A DNA stretch of 64,000 bases from Synechococcales cyanobacterium VAR_4_metabat_354 (GTDB lineage: Bacteria; Cyanobacteriota; Cyanobacteriia; Cyanobacteriales; Chamaesiphonaceae). The stretch spans positions 32,001-96,000 of the forward strand of contig JANOQI010000062.1 of assembly GCA_031414775.1 (NCBI GenBank). Direction: 5' to 3'. A model generated the notes under the pieces. It did no database searches, had not been told where the DNA came from, and was given only the letters and a program-made list of their open reading frames with translations. The position numbers were made by a program, and so were the translations under genes. Shown here piece by piece: positions 63,129 through 64,000 of this stretch. How positions within the stretch are numbered: position 1 is the stretch's first letter; each line of letters starts with the position of its first letter.

Positions 63129-64000
63129 ATGACTGATCAATTAAAGACTGATCCCATGCGTATTTTGATGTGTGCCCCGCACCATTACGAAGTCAATTAC
63201 GTGATCAATCCCTGGATGGAAGGCAATATTCATCGTTCATTACGCGCGCAAGCTCTAGCGCAATGGAATCAGCTTTACCAAGTCTTGCAACGTTATGCCC
63301 AGATTGATTTGGTAGAGCCGCAACCGGGCTGGCCAGATATGGTTTTCACGGCCAATGCTGGCTTGATCTTGGGCGATACGGTGGTGCTCAGTCGCTTTTT
63401 CCATCCCGAACGGCAGGGGGAAGAACCGCATTTTCAGAAGTGGTTTGAAGATCAGGGCTACAAAGTGCATCTATTGCCCAAAAGCTTACCCTTTGAGGGT
63501 GCCGGTGATGCCCTAATGGATCGATCGGGTGGATGGCTGTGGGCTGGTTATGGGTTTCGATCGGAGCTAGATGCCCATCCCTATTTAGCCCAGTGGTTGG
63601 ATGTGGAAGTATTGTCCCTGAGATTGGTCGATCGACGGTTTTATCATCTCGATACCTGCTTTTGCCCGCTCACTGATGGGTATTTGTTGTATTATCCACC
63701 GGCCTTTGACACCTATTCCAATCGTTTAATTGAGTTGCGGGTGCCGCCGGAAAAACGGATCGCAATCGATGAAGTTGATGCGGTCAATTTTGCCTGTAAT
63801 ACGGTGAATATTGATGCCCTGCGAGATGGCACCGCCGAACGAGTTGTGGTGATGAACAAGGTCAGTCAGGGGTTAAATAAAATATTGATCGATCGAGGCT
63901 TTACGGTAGTCGAAACGCCACTAACAGAATTTTTAAAAGCCGGAGGGGCAGCTAAGTGCCTAACGCTCAAGGTGATAGAACCCCATCGAGAGTCGCCGCA
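63129..64000 (+). CDS. argZ: Arginine dihydrolase ArgZ/AgrE (TIGR00300-type), 5' part; runs off window edge
   Basis: Manual translation: RILMCAPHHYEVNYVINPWMEGN, PDMVFTANAG, FEGAGD, FYHLDTCF, KAGGAAKCLTL. Confidence 0.9.
   Translation, partial: MTDQLKTDPMRILMCAPHHYEVNYVINPWMEGNIHRSLRAQALAQWNQLYQVLQRYAQIDLVEPQPGWPDMVFTANAGLILGDTVVLSRFFHPERQGEEPHFQKWFEDQGYKVHLLPKSLPFEGAGDALMDRSGGWLWAGYGFRSELDAHPYLAQWLDVEVLSLRLVDRRFYHLDTCFCPLTDGYLLYYPPAFDTYSNRLIELRVPPEKRIAIDEVDAVNFACNTVNIDALRDGTAERVVVMNKVSQGLNKILIDRGFTVVETPLTEFLKAGGAAKCLTLKVIEPHRESP
63816..63839. repeat. 24-nt SDR-like in-frame insertion in argZ
   Basis: GAT|gccctgcgagatggcaccgccgaa|CG; removal gives VNIDRVVVMNK and restores GATCG. Confidence 0.65.

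Overview
This is a cyanobacterial chromosome segment, rich in CGATCG/GCGATCGC/TCGATCGA (HIP1-type) palindromes. It carries petBD, apcD, ctpA, crtH, desC, sigC, secA, gnd, pmgA, argZ and the 5' part of mysA, and is mostly core genes. The most unusual structure is two integrase-less, integron-like gene-cassette arrays in opposite orientations: about 4480-8740 (+) and about 13030-14200 (-). Each has attC-type sites and starts with a homologous leader of ~42-bp-period palindromic units. In the first array the leader ends in an attI-like L-5bp-R core (GTATAAC-cagta-GTTAGGC). Cassette cargo includes a HEPN-type protein, a small protein/retropepsin pair, a split CPBP protease and an orphan BrnA whose BrnT toxin was truncated at the leader junction. 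Other observations are 23-24-nt insertions at CG^ATCG sites inside core genes, two MITE-like elements, a probable sRNA with a small ORF divergent from ruvX, a likely CTG start codon, and an integrin-beta-like vWA protein. All calls come from reading the sequence; no database searches were run.
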